A stretch of DNA of 64,000 nucleotides, from assembly GCF_024521635.1 (NCBI RefSeq), contig NW_026250426.1:248001-312000 (forward strand), given 5' to 3'. This DNA comes from Tricharina praecox (taxonomy: Eukaryota). Below the pieces are notes generated by a model. It was given only the letters and a program-made list of their open reading frames with translations, was not told the origin of the DNA and made no database searches. Made by a program: the position numbers and the translations under genes. Shown here one piece after another: positions 37,686 to 51,103 of the stretch; position 1 is the first letter of the stretch, and each line of letters opens with the position of its first letter.

Positions 37686-39132
37686 CGTGTGTAATGGTGC
37701 GAGGCTTCGGTCGGTGGTATGTATGATAATGCTCGGGACGACGGGAGAGCTCGTGATGGGATATCTTGGGATATGCAGGGAGCTGTAGCTTCAATGGCGT
37801 TAGCTATGTACATATATCGCAGAGATGAGGAAAGGATTCCAACCAGAAACCCGAAGAGATCCGGCGATGAACCAATAGAACGTCTCAATGGAGGAGAGTT
37901 CTCATCGAACCATCCGATTCTTGCTGGGAGTGTTTGCACTGAAGCGGAAACCCGTGACTTCTTTCCGGGCTGGAATCGCTTGATAGGAAGAGTGTGTAGT
38001 GTGTAAAGGGCGAAGCTTCGAGGCAGGCACGTAGAAGCGAAATAGCATCTATATATCAGCCAACAATGGAGGCTGTGAGAAGCAGGTCTAACTGTGTACC
38101 ATGACGGATAATTCGCCCTTTTTCTCATGCACGACTTGGTGGGGATTGGGTTCCCCGTCCAAACCTCAAGTTGTTTCATGGCTCATGCACTTCTCCTCAT
38201 TTCACCACCAAGTTTGTATGCAGAATCAAGGTTGGAATACATATATAACCTCACGTTTGTATGTAGTCACTGCCGTGCACTTTAGATATGTAACTCCAGG
38301 AGTCCGGGGTTCTGCCCAAAACCTGAGTGACGTCTTGTGTATCATCCGAACCGCGTGGGCGAGTTAATTGACAGGTTCCAAATGATTACCAAATCGAGCT
38401 AGAGCTGAATGGCCTCTTGAGGATGTATCCCCCCTAAGTTTGACACTATCGGCTGAACATTGCCAATCACTCGTTAAAAGTATTTCTACCGCTGGTTTTT
38501 CAGCACCTCAAGGCTCATTCAACTTGGCGCAATCGCAAAAACGTGCAGATACCAGACCAGCCATTCCTCTATAACTTAATAGCAGTCCATAGACGGAGCC
38601 AATAGACGAAACAACTCCGATTCCACCCCACCTAGCTACTCACTCAATCCTGAAGAAAAATGTACTTGGAAACGAAAAAGCGGAGTGAGATAGTAGTACT
38701 CAAGGAAAACGCCTCTCTTCGACGTTTTAATAGTTTTTGAGCCCGTCTTCGGATGTGCGACGCCGTGACCCAGCCACGCTTTACACTTTGAGCACCGGTC
38801 TAGATGAGCTGGACACTGCCGATAGGTATACGGCGGTCTCGAACGTCGACGTGTAGATTCGGTAGGCATATTCGCCTAGCATGTCTCTGCATTTCGTTGG
38901 CATAGACATGTAGGAGCTGCGTAGCCACATAGAAGCTGTGGTGGATGAGACTTTTGGGAGCAAGGCTGGAAGTCTCGTCTCTTTTGAATCGGGGTTGTCC
39001 CTTCACTGGATTTTTCACCGCGCACTCGGGCTAGAATCTGTGATTAACTACCCCCGAGCTTTAACCTGGCTATGATCACTGATCGTCATAGCGTTACGAG
39101 CTGGTATTCGTTGCTCAAGGGGAGGAAAAAAG

Positions 39133-39217
39133 TGACTGTTCGCAGGATCGAACTGCGGACCTCTTGTGTTCATCTGTGAATGTGAGACAAGTGTGATAGC
39201 CACTACACCAAACAGCC
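39133..39217 (-). tRNA. tRNA-Val(CAC) with 12-nt intron
   Basis: Reverse complement reads GGCTGTT-TGGTGTAGTGGCTATCACA-CTTGT-CT-CAC-A-[TTCACAGATGAA]-C-ACAAG-AGGTC-CGCAG-TTCGATC-CTGCG-AACAGTC-A. Confidence 0.93.
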
Positions 39218-40300
39218 CTTTTTTTTATCTATCACCCATAATTACGGCATATATTCCAAGCAAAGAGTAGTGTGTATGCTGCTGTGCTGGGTGGCCGGCT
39301 CGAAACTCAATGGCTCTGGTCATTTGCCATTGACGATGGGGCTCTAACTACTAGTCAAGTTCGGCGAAACCAAGAATAGGAGGTACAACGGAAAGGACGA
39401 GCAATGATCTAATGAGAAATGCGCAGAACTCGTACTCCAAGCCTCTCAGACTAATGGTGTCAACAGATTCCCCCGTAGCCGACCACCTTGTCTCGGAATC
39501 ACTACTGGTACTACTCATGAACATGTATGGGAAGTAGGTGTGCAAATCCTAGCTAACATCTGCAATTGTGAAGTTAGTGGCTGCCGTTGTAGCCGCCCGC
39601 GCTGATCAGCACAGCTCCGTGTTCCGGATTCGCGCTTACGCAATAGGCACTCGACACGATAGTTGACATTCCCACAATGGCCTATCATCCATCACTACTT
39701 CCGGGACGGTGTCGACTGGCGTTTGGTGACTATTCTTTGCAGCAAATTGTTGGCACTTGTACAGCGCCCGGAAATTCTTCATCTTGGAATTATTTTATCG
39801 GCTAACATCTGAAATGCCATAGTTTTGGGAGAAAGTCTAAAATGCCATAGTTTTTTCGACTGCATCTAATCTCATTCCAGCACCGGGCCTGAAATGATTC
39901 CCTTCCTTCCTGAAGGCTGTGCCGGGAGTATAAGGTACATGGTGGTCGCATGGGAGTATGTAGCGGTACGAGTGAGTCAATCTTCGTAGAGACGCCCTAT
40001 ATCTCCCCTAGCTTCCGACGCTGAGTTAGGCTGGGCCGTGGATGGGGAAGGACATGTGGGTGCGGGATTTGATGTTAATTATCGGTGGCCATAACTGGAG
40101 TGGGTATGGGAATCACTCGGTTATAGGGCTCTGGGCCTTCCGAGAGTAGGTAGCCCACCAGCAGGGCGATTGAGGCATCGACCATGATCATGGAGCTGAA
40201 ATCCATCCAATCTAGGTATACAGTTATTGACCAGCTACGGCAATGCTCACGTTCGGCGGAGCTGCTAGTCTGGAGTCCTGTCGACATAGGTACCTACGGT

Positions 40301-40380
40301 GGATATGGGAGGATATGGATTGACATGGGAAGATATGGATTGATATGGATTGATATGGGAGAATACGGATTGATATGGGT
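40301..40380. repeat. Degenerate 10-bp minisatellite (GATATGGATT-like)
   Basis: Read directly. Confidence 0.8.
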
Positions 40381-40519
40381 GTATACGGTACCTCGAGGCC
40401 AATGTGGGTCAATACTAGTAATTCACAAGTCTCGAATCGCAATACTTGCGGTACTTAGATAAAAACTGTCGAGGCGACAGAGATGTGATGGGGCGAACGA
40501 GGATTTTTTATTGTATTAT

Positions 40520-40966
40520 GTGTTACCTCCTGTCGGCGGAATCGAGGCTAGTGCCTCGCAGCGTCGAAGCAGGCGATACCACAGCGTGAGATAGAAGAAT
40601 CATCTAGACGCTTCGTCCTTATTATTGTCCATCGGGAGCACCCACCACTTTGTAGGGTTCGGTTTCATAAAAACCCCCGTGTGGTCTAGTGGTATTGACT
40701 GCGCAATCGACGAGGGAGTTGAGGGAAAGCTGCCAGTCAAAGCCCGAGTGTAGATCTGCGTACAGCTCTGGGGTTTCCAAACCACCTGGCGGGGGGGGTG
40801 AAGGTTTTTTGTTTTTGGCATCATGGACGGAGCACGGAATATCACTCGGTGGTTTCATATGACACGCCTTGCGATGCCGGCTCCTTTTTATGGTTTAATC
40901 ATCATTGCATTCGACCTTAATAGATCATGGTAGATTCCATATCCGTTTCCACCCGGCTATCACAGA
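40520..40966 (+). repeat. ~450-bp direct repeat, copy 1
   Basis: Aligns by eye with 42331-42793. Shared blocks include GAAGAATCATCTAGACGCTTCGTC, GTACAGCTCTGGGGTTTCCAAACCACC and ATAGATCATGGTAGATT. Confidence 0.92.
40674..40798 (+). ncRNA. tRNA-like element, copy 1 (candidate Pol III ncRNA, SINE head or tRNA pseudogene)
   Basis: CCCCCG..CGGGGG terminal stem, A box TGGTCTAGTGG, D-like arm, GCGCA/TGCGT stem around a long insert, non-canonical T-like arm, T6 run at 40805-40810. Confidence 0.5.
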
Positions 40967-41664
40967 GAAATACCCTCAACATTAGGAACAGCCTCCATCT
41001 CCCACCCCGATCTACTTCCAGAAGTACAGACAAGTGAGTGATGCCCACCAAAAGAAAAAAGAAATCAAAAGAGATACAAGCCATGAAGAAAACCAGGTGA
41101 AAATCAAAGAAACATATTCGCTACTGCAGTGTCCTGTTCGCTGTACCCTGTGGTATCTCCGAAAAAGAAACAAGAAAAAACCTGCCCCCTTTTAAAAACA
41201 TCGAAACTCCCGTCAACGCAACCAGACTAATCGAGTCTTTCCTTCTTGATAGTGACTCCCAAGTCCCCCTCGTCATCATCCGGGCGGACGTGTTGGAGGC
41301 CGTCACTGCGGACCGCCTGAAAACGGGAGCTGAATTGGTTGGCATGTACAAACCCGTTCTGGCTTCCGAAGTAAGTCACCAGTCGAGAATGACCCTAGGC
41401 GAGGAAACTGCTGGTCTCCTGCGGTTGCTACTGCAACTGTCTGCGAAGTTGCTCGTCTTGCAGCAACTGTTGCTGCTTGAACCTCGAGGAGCGTTTCCGG
41501 GCGTGGAGAGGCTGCGGGGCACGAAATCCGTGCCCGTTGGCGGGCGACTGCCACAATAAGTGGCGGGCCGATAATAGGCTGCCGCCGAGGCGGCGCCGAT
41601 TTCTTCCCAGTTCGAACTGCCGGAGGGCCCACCTGCACATCAGCATCTACCCTTCACGATCTAA

Positions 41665-42103
41665 TCAACAGGGACAGGCGACATCCTGGGCCGAGACCTT
41701 CTTCAACGCCCTCTTGGCGCTGGCGGTGCCGAGTGGCACGGAAGAAACCCTTCCGATCTGTGAGTGGAGGATGTTAGTGTAGATGAGAGAGGTAGTAGGG
41801 GAGAGGGTGACAAACGGGTAAGAAGCTCGAGAAGATGGTTGTTGCATCGGCGACGTGAAGCGAGGCTCCATGGCGGTTTCGAAATTTTGGGGTATGAGCG
41901 GACCCTCGGAATCGGCTTCAGCACCGTAACTGCGGTGCTCTTCCTCGGGGTCGTTCTCAGGATCGAGCTCAGTATGCGGTTCGGGGCTCATTATTGTCTC
42001 GATATTGGGAAGTTGTTCCGCAGCGGTGCGATTGATCTGCCACGCGCCTGGCCTGTTAGCTAGAGCGCCTGGTGGAATGGCGATGCCGTATATGAAGTCC
42101 ATG
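41665..42103 (-). CDS. Hypothetical or degenerate orphan gene between the direct repeats (may extend by splicing toward ~41230)
   Basis: ATG (MDFIYG) in good context after a TATA-like element, acidic ORF, intron-like GTTTGT..CACTAAC..CAG. Downstream frames do not join cleanly. Confidence 0.35.
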
Positions 42104-42330
42104 GTTGCTGGACTGGTTCGTCGATGTTTGTGAGATTGGTGGGGTGTGGATGTTTGTGAGATTGGTGGGGTGAGGTTGTAAACACCTGGAGGTGGAAGCG
42201 GATACTCCCACAACAGCACTAGCGTCTAGTGCGGCTCCTGTATACAAACCTGACTAAGCGCCAAGCGCTCCGAAACCGGCGTATAACGGCGCAAACCACT
42301 CAAAAAAAGCGAACAGTTATCTGAGATAAT

Positions 42331-42793
42331 ATGGTACCTCCTGACGAAGGCATCGAGGCCAGTGCCTCGGAGGGTTGGAGCAGGCGATACAGTAATGTGA
42401 GATGGAAGAATCATCTAGACGCTTCGTCGTGATTATTGTCCATCGCGGGGCACCAACCACTTTGTAAGGGTCGAATTCATGTATCTAGCACGCAAAAACC
42501 CCCGCGTGGTCTAGTGGTATATAGGCTGCGCAATCGGCGAGAGAGTTGAGGGAAAGCTCCCGGTTCAACCCGGGTGCAGATCTACGTACAGCTCTGGGGT
42601 TTCCAAACCACCCGACGGGGGGGTGAAGGTTTTTTGGTTTTGGCATCACGGATGCAGCACAATATATCACTCGGTAGTAGTTATCATGTGACACGCCTTG
42701 CGCTGCGGGAGGGTTTTTTGTTTAATCAGCATCGTATTCGACCTTCATAGATCATGGTAGATTACATATCTGTTTCCACCCGGCTGTCATAGA
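42331..42793 (+). repeat. ~450-bp direct repeat, copy 2
   Basis: See copy 1. Confidence 0.92.
42499..42623 (+). ncRNA. tRNA-like element, copy 2
   Basis: Same layout as copy 1. D-like stem GTCT/AGGC is fully paired. T6 run at 42630-42635. Confidence 0.5.
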
Positions 42794-45700
42794 CCGCTGG
42801 CCGCGAGTAATTCAGTAGAGCTTTATGCACGAGATATCACTCGCCACATCCCCAAAAAGCGATTTTAAAATGGCATCTCCTTTCAAGCCTCACGCGGCGG
42901 GAGCTTGACTCAGAGCATACGCATGGGAGTGATAGAGGTAGCTGTAAAGCCACGGAATACTTGTGGGAAGGGTGAGAATCTTGAAGTCCGCGTAATCGAA
43001 ACGGCTGACTTGATCCTAGATACCCCGATGGTAGAGAAGAAGTTGCTGGCCATGACTTTTTGTCACATGGATCTCACTCGCGGGAATTAGCGGCGTACCC
43101 GGAGCCACTCAATCAAGCTGATGGAACGACCAAAGGATACGAACACCCGAAAGCTCATCGCCGAGTGTCGTCCGTCACAGATATTCCGGCCGCAAAAGCA
43201 TGAAACCCAGCTACAGATCTTGCTCCCGTACATAGAAGTCTGGCGCTGGAATACACCTCAAGCACTAAGGCCTACACGCAGTAAGGATAACAAATTACCC
43301 TGTAGCCCGAGGTGGGGCAGATATGTGGCGGGCGGGCATGGAGGAGACCTAACGACTCCTCATTGGGAACGCCAGGCTCGAGCCTCGGAGTGCTCGGGGT
43401 TTCCAAATTCCAACAGATAACAAAGCTAGTTTGTACGCCCGTCGATCTTGCTTCCAAGTATAGCTCGCCGCTCCTCGCAGCCTGGAGTCCTGGACAGACT
43501 CGGTGTTAAGTTTCAACTTCGAGACTTAAGTAGCCGTCAGTTACCAGTAGGTAACTAATAGTGGCGATCGTTAAGATCACCATTTATTGGGCCTTTGGGC
43601 TGGCATAATTGCATTCAGTTACATACACAATCGAGGAGTGGCGATCCATTCAGGACTTCTTACTCTTGGTTCCATGACGAGATATTTCATCCAGCCAAGC
43701 ACGTGAAAATCGTATGTTTGCCACACTACCTACTTGGCCAGCGTCAGAGCCGGAATACCTAGACAGCATGTCTCGCCCAGCAACGTCAGCTTGATTACCG
43801 AGTTCACATCTCGTCTGAGTCCGACTCGGACTGTCCGAGTCGATCGAAAGCCAGACTGCCACAGCACACAGCACACTGCCGGGCCAGGAACCGGCGGTGC
43901 CGATATGTAGAAACCAGTATGCACGGGGCGTCGGGGCCTATCATCTATGGTCTTTGCAATCCAAAATCTCGCTTTAGTTGCTATCTGCATCTAGATTCTA
44001 GAATGTACATATTACCTATTGTGGGTCGGGTCGACCGTCGGAACACAAAATTCGTCAGTACGGTCGATATTTCTGGTACTCTATCTTCTATGACCTGCTG
44101 CTGTTGATGCGCTGCGCAGTGATCGCCCGACGCCCAGGGATCTCCTGTAGGCTGTAATATTGCGAGGCGAGGCGGGGCGGAAGCTATAAACAGGTACATA
44201 AACACCTACATAGTACATACTGGTCAGCTCCACCGCCGAAAGATAAGGTGCTTAAGCTAAAGCACTGCGCGGATCGGATCGCAATGATAGATTGTAGCAA
44301 ACCCGGAACGCGAACGATGATGCGCGGTTTTGTCCGATGCGCGTTGGAACTTGGATGAAGTGAGGAGGCGGACCGGAACATGATGAGGAATCCCGTGTGA
44401 GGGAGGGGGTGGCGTTTGCTGCCCTGGATTTGGCTGGGATTGTCTCTGATAGCTATAACATAGGTGTCCGGCAACGCAGGCCAGCATGGCTTCTAGCCCG
44501 CAGAGATGGTCCTGCTCGTATAGAATCGGGAATTGATTGATATCGCCAACCTCAACCTGGCCAGCTAGTCGGTGCGTACTTTTCTCCTGGGACCTGTGGA
44601 TTCGGAACCGTGCCAGTCAGCGATGGAAAACCAGAATGATGGTTGTGCCGTGTGAAACTGCACATTTACGCGGGCAGTAGGTATGCCTGCCATCGAAGTG
44701 GCGGCAATGCACGCTCAACTCCTGGCTGCGGGGTTGGCACATACAGGTATGCAGAAGAAGTGCAAGATCCATGGGAAGGATTGTATGTACAATACATACT
44801 TCAGAGTCGACTTCCGGAGAACACTGTTTACGTCCATACTTGCACTCGAGTCTCGACCACTGCTTTGGGGTTGAGAAGCCGAAGGAAGTAGAATGGGAAG
44901 ATAGGGGGTGTATATACCACTGTTATTTAAGCCCTATATCGTGAGCCGGCCAACATGCCTTCGATGAGTCCATTATGATCTGCGCGCCGAGGTCCATAGC
45001 TCTCTCGATAGGTTTCAAGCAATCCCGGTTGATGTGATAAGATCTTCAGAGCTGCAGAGCATCAAATAATTTCCGAGCGAAACCACAACTGGCCTGCAAG
45101 CTATGGTTCAGGCGAAGCCGATATCGATACCGATTGCGGGCCTGAGACGAGACAAGACAAACATCCCGCTGCGCTACGATGTGGATCCTTCGGATAGGCG
45201 GGGGGAGAGAGACACGGGTTCGTCGTACACGACATGGATGCCTTACGTGCCTGCGTACCTGCGTGCTTGCGTGCCTGCACAAGACGCATCGGTGAACCTG
45301 CTTTTAGGTGCAAAACAACACAGCTTTGCGGTAAGCTGCCTGGCGGGGATGGCGGAGGATGTATGTGGAGTGGCTGTTTTTTTTTTGTTTTTCGTTCGAT
45401 GATTGATTGCATGCGACTGTGGAGGGATTGCCATGACTGGCCGGGCTCGCCGAAGGGAAGGGAAAGGCGAGCGAGAAGTTGTGCAATTGCAGTTTGGAGC
45501 AGGGGTGACGTCTATGTTGACAGCGGGTCCGCTTGGGTCACAACGAACGGCGTCACTTCTTGAGAAGGTGCCTGGCGCGCAGGGCGGAGAATAATCCCTG
45601 GAGAAATCTAAAGTGATCCTCAATTCTAGAAGGCGGCGGGGATTATGGACTCTCCTGGCGACGGAACGCTTCCATAAACGAGCTGCAGGAATATGGGATT

Positions 45701-46882
45701 CTCCTGGCGACAAAACGCCTCCACAGATGAGCTGCAGCACTATGCATGCGCGCCATGGGGTGAGGGAGAACTTAGCTACATACACTACCGGTACACTACA
45801 CTACGCTGTAGCACATCCATGCTGGCCGAGGATGGGGCTAGGGGGCTGACCGACCGGACACTGGAGTAACAAACAGCGCTGGAGCCGGGCATGATTGTTA
45901 TTGTGGTGGCGGAGTCGGCCATGGAGGCGTCGCCTGGCCCTACCGAACCAAGCAGGTGAGGTCAAGGCTACTCGGGCGTGCGTGAGTGACAGCCAACAAG
46001 TGACGATTCTGTCCGTCCCACTGGGACTCGGAAGCCCAAGCTCTGGCCACGGTTGGCTGATTGGCTAGCTGGTGGTATGCAGCTGGCGACGGAGTGGCTG
46101 GCTTGTGCACTTGTGTAGCTCTCGCCTCACCTATTTACATACTATCTTCTGGACCGTGGTTAACTGCGGTTGGTGATACCAGGTTTCGCGGTTCTTCCTT
46201 GGCTATGACGGACATTCAGAGCAACAGTGCTTGCTGGTTATGGTGTGCATTAGATCATATGCTCACCAATCGAGCTGCAGACTGCATCTTCGTCGCTCGT
46301 GGCCCAGAGGCAACAGATACAGTAGGCCGGTTACCATTCATCAAGTCCATTCGCTTTAGTCCGTGTGGATTAGCGGTACCCAGTACGTCCATGTTCGGCG
46401 GATAATCCCTTATTTTTGTTGTTGTTGTTATTATTGTATATTTCCCTGCTGACTGAGTGAGGGCTGGTTGACAGCATCTATTCGGAATTTCGGAAAAGCT
46501 CTGTTGGTTACCATCACCTTCCCGTGAGCACCTGTACCCGTGTCTCCTACTCCAGTTCCGCTCCCACCTTACATAATACGGACAATTGTTCACCTTCGCC
46601 TTTTTCGGATTCCTGGTGTCTCGTCTTTCCCATCACCACTCCATCTCTCTTCTTCCAGTTCGGTTCCATTCTCCCTTCATTTCTCCCTTTGTTTCCTCGT
46701 CACAGGATATCCCGGCGCATTCCAACTCCCACACCAGCTCGCTCCCCCTCCTCGTTTCCCTCCTCGTCCACCGCCGTAGCTGTCGAAGAAACACGCTCGT
46801 TCTTTACCCAAAACTCTTCGTACTACCTAATTCAACTCCTCTCCCGATCCTCACCCCCTCGCACCCCGCCAACTTTGTCTTC

Positions 46883-48345
46883 ATGACCGCACGGCCACCA
46901 GTACGCACAAGCGCTGGGAACCGCGGGTCCTCCTCCTTAAGCTCTGTGCCCGTGCTCCCCGCCGCCTCGCACGGGGATTCCATCACTCCCGTAGGCGGAA
47001 GGACACCGTACGCATCGGCGCCCGCATCAGTGCTGGGATCGACGACCGGATTCACGTCGCAGCCGGGTTTGCGAGTGCCTGGCCGCTACTTTCACAGCAG
47101 ACGTATAAAGAAGGAGGACGTGCGGAAGCCGTGGACGGAGACCAAGGACCCGCGCGAGAAGTGGGTGACCATAATACCCTGCGTCGGACTGCTGGTCGGC
47201 TTGGTGGTGTGTGCGCTGTTGGTCTGGTCCGGCCTCAAGTCAGTCGTCAATCACAAATACTGTCCCGTGTTGATGGAGGATTGGAGTGGTGGGTTCGATG
47301 AGAACATCTGGACGAGGGAGGTGGAGGTGGGAGGGTTTGGGTGAGTTGGCTCTTATTGGGCTCTGCTCTGTGAATCTGTCTTTCTCGGGCAATGTGCTGA
47401 GCAGGTTCGGTTTTTCTCGGCAGGAACGGTCAATTCGAATACACGACCAACCTCGAAGAGAACTCGTATGTCGAGGATGGTGCGTTGCACATCCGACCGA
47501 CACTTATGGACGAAAAGCTCCTCACGACCAACGGTGCCATCCTCAATCTCACGCAGATGGGCATCTGTTCATCGGACGTTCCGTTCAACTGTGTTTCCTC
47601 CACTAACACCACGAACGGAACCATCATCAATCCGGTGAAGTCGGCGCGTATCAGCACGAAAAAGGGCGCATCCATCACGTACGGGCGGATCGAGGTGGTG
47701 GCCAAACTTCCGGCGGGCCTTTGGCTATGGCCAGCGATCTGGATGATGCCCGTCGATGACACGTACGGCCCATGGCCCGCGTCGGGCGAGATCGATATCG
47801 CCGAGAGTCGTGGAAACAACGCAACGCACCCGCAAGGCGGGAACGACATCATCTCGTCTACGCTCCACTGGGGCCCCGATCCGGCCAACAACGCGTGGTG
47901 GAGGACAAACGTTAAGCGAAAGGCTCTGCACACCACCTACGCGGATAAATTCCACACGTTCGGCCTCGAGTGGAGCGAAAACTACATCTTCACATATGTC
48001 AATTCCCGCCTGCTGCAGGTTCTCTACACAAACTTCGACCAGCGTCTTTGGGACCGCGGTGCCTTTCCTCTCGCCAATAGAAATGGCACGAGGTATATCG
48101 ATCCGTGGGCCAAGACGGGCAGACAGAACACTCCGTTCGACCACCCGTTCTACCTGATCCTCAACGTCGGTGTGGGCTCCACCAACGGCTGGTTCGAGAA
48201 CGGCAAGCACGGCAAACCATGGGTCGACGGCAGCAAGACGGAGAGGAAAGATTTCTGGGACAGGAAAAACGAGTGGTATCCATCGTGGCAGAAAAACGGT
48301 GAGATGATCGTCAAGAGCGTCAAGATGTGGCAGCAGTGCGACTGA
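46883..48345 (+). CDS. Membrane-anchored GH16 beta-1,3-glucanase / glucan-binding-type protein (intron 47341-47423)
   Basis: Cytosolic N-terminus, single TM (WVTIIPCVGLLVGLVVCALLVW), GGFG-NGQFEY, YGRIEVVAKLP.G.WLWPAIWMMP, intact catalytic motif GEIDIAE, PFDHPFYLILNVGVG. Confidence 0.93.
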
Positions 48346-50671
48346 AGGTTTGAGACTCAACCGTGACCCGTTTTACATGTGTACAAGCGAATGCACACTT
48401 CTTCACCTCTGTTTCCGGTTGGGAATGTTGTCTTTTTTTTTCCTCTTTTCTTTCTGTCCAAGATCTCATGTTTTCTCTCTTGCTGGGCTGTTACGATAGG
48501 GGCATCTCCACGAGTACCGTATGGCATCATCATATGTTTGTTTTTCTTTTTTTACTGCTAGGCGTTTTCCGGAGCGGAGGAAGAATTCTACATACATAGG
48601 GTGCTCAGCAAGTGTGTGTGTACGTACTTACCAAACTATCTCTAGGAGTTAATGGAATGGAATCGGATACTGTATTGTAGAAAATAGCTACCCCCTTTCC
48701 TTCCCCCCGGAGTCCCGGCAGCATTCCTTGTTTCGGCGAGTGAGAGCGTGATTTTTTCTTTCTCGTTCGGAATGAAGCGGAGATGGGAAGTGCACTGCAG
48801 GGCTGAACTGTTACTGAAAAAACTGCCGTGGCCCGGTGCTGGTGCTGGTGCGGGTGCTGCGGTGCGGTGGAAAAAACGTGGAGGAAGGCAAATACATAGG
48901 AGGGTTCGCCTGTTTTATCTTGTTTGTGGGCAGGCCGTGTCTTGGATGTGCTACCAAAGATGGCATTTCCTTTTCTGCTGCGCATGAAGAGTCGAAGTCT
49001 GGAAGTCTGGAGGTCTGGAAGTGGTCACTGGTTAGGACTTCGATATTGCACCTGCATACCCGTAGGGCCATATACGGCTTTTTTTGGTTCCGGCAGCGGT
49101 GGGAATAGAGTGCAGATCCGTTAAGCCACACAAGTCGTGAATTCTCCGCGTCAAAAGGACAGCAAATGAGCCTCTTTAGGCCCATCGATCAGAGGTTTCC
49201 TAGACGCTGGGGGGGGGGGGGATGGCTTTCTGAGCTGGAGGTGAATAAGACTGCCGATCTGTTGATGCAAGCTACGGTATCATACGGTTTGGGAATGTGA
49301 TAGCCTCTTCAGGAAGCGACGATCGCAGGGCAGTGCATAGAGATAAGTGGACGTTAAATGCACTTATTCTGTGTCCTCGGAGGTCGATTGTACTCAGCTA
49401 CGGGGAACACGGCTTGCTTCAAGCCCCAGTACATACCGTACTCGTAACTCCCGCCTGCGTCTCAGCATTCCGCCGCCGCCACAGTACCTAGATTGTATAC
49501 CAGGTATGCTACATGCATAAATACATACCGTATTTCATCTACAGCCAAGGTTCGCCGAGGGCACATCATCTACATACCATGTGTCCTAGGATTTTGTTTA
49601 TCCGGATCCGTGGTGATAACGATTCACCCTGATATGTCACTGCCCTGGTATGTGTCTGGAGTTCGTGTTTTCTGCTCCACATACTGGGGATACGGTGGAT
49701 CAGGTCGGTGGAGCAGCCTTCGGGTACGAGGAGTGGCCGAGGACTACCGCCGACTCCCGAGAATCATACATACCTGCCACACTGAAGTCGCAGGAGTGTA
49801 GGGTGTCTACGAGTCAGATTTAGGTATGTACACGGCCACCAGCTTCCCATTCAGGCATTTCTACCGCTGGCGGATAGGTACCGTTTATTTCGCTCGAAGG
49901 ATGTAGGGTGCAAATGTATCTCATCTCTTAGCTAATGCACTGCAGCAGTGCAGCATTAAAAGTGCACCTGGACATACGGCCGCCGTAGTTCGGTGATTGA
50001 TGCTTGCGCTTTACTTCGTACATGGCAGGAGGGAGCGAGTGATATACATCTCTTCTTCCCACACGCCCAGGCTCAGATTCTCGGTATTTTGCCCTGCCGT
50101 ATGCTAGCTCGGACTCGATCGTGGATCACCGCCAACTACTGCTAGCGCAGGTCACAGAGATGGCCGCTTGCTGCCGCAACTGGTTCGCGTGACAGCACGT
50201 GGTACAAAATATCGGAGCTGGTAGAGAGAACGGCGGTGGATACGAGTATCGAGTTTATGTAGACTGCCCTTTGTGGCGTCGTTGGAGGCGGTTGGGTATA
50301 TGTAGCGAGGATGATGTTGTGGATTTGCCTGCGCCGGTGTCTCGGAGGAGCCGATCTGCACAGTGATATGTACTTGCAATGCTCTGTGTTGCGTGCTCTA
50401 GTGATGCACCAGTGAACGAAGGAGTGATCTGATCTTCTCCGGGTTAGGTGCGTTTATGTGACCCTGTGCTGTCGTCCATTGCGGATTGATGTTGTGGTTC
50501 GGTGCCACAGAGCCAGCGTCGCCGTCGGGCATCTGCTTTGCAAGCTGTGCTTCCTTCCGGATCCGCTTCGATTCCCCAATTTACTTTTGCCTCCATTGAA
50601 CAGAGGGAAAGGAAGATAGATAGACCACTTTTTTTGTGCCTAGGGTACTGCACTGCTACGAGCTATCTTCC

Positions 50672-50765
50672 CTTCCTCCTCCTCCTCCGCCTCCTCCTCC
50701 TCCGCCTCCTCCTCCTCCGCCTCCTCCTCCTCCGCCTCCTCCTCCTCTCCTCCTCCCCCTCCCCT
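50672..50765. repeat. (CCT)n/CCG pyrimidine-rich microsatellite upstream of the GT2 gene
   Basis: CCTCCTCCTCCTCCG units, read directly. Confidence 0.9.
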
Positions 50766-51103
50766 CTTGGAGTTTTCTTCGCCATCGCTACTCTGCTTTA
50801 CTGTCTTTCGTTACATTCGCTGTGCCCCCTCAATTACTCTCTTAGTTCTCGTTCTTGGTCTCGATCTTCATGTTCAATTGAAAAAGTAGCCTGTGCACAC
50901 AGACGGTCGTGGTTGTGGTTGTGGTTCGTCGCTCTCTCACACTCCGGCTTCAATCTAGCTACCACTCTCCACCGTACCTCGATCGAACGTAACCATCAAG
51001 GCTCCAGTCTCCGGTTCCCTCTCCATCCCCACCCACCGTACGAATAGTCTTACCACCCGCAATACCGCGGACAGTAGCGACCGTTCGCACACTCCTCATC
51101 AAG

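Noticed and set aside
40520..42793. Autonomous LTR retrotransposon
   Set aside because: No gag/pol, TG..CA termini, PBS or PPT recognisable.
42900..46000. Many short ORFs between the repeat cassette and GH16
   Set aside because: No recognisable motifs or consistent exon chain. Possibly decayed sequence, but unsupported.
49933..49958. Short hairpin TAATGCACTGC-A-GCAGTGCAGCATTA
   Set aside because: Isolated and imperfect, with no supporting context.
50502..51047. Poly-Leu and poly-Pro ORFs upstream of GT2
   Set aside because: Translations of the CCT microsatellite.
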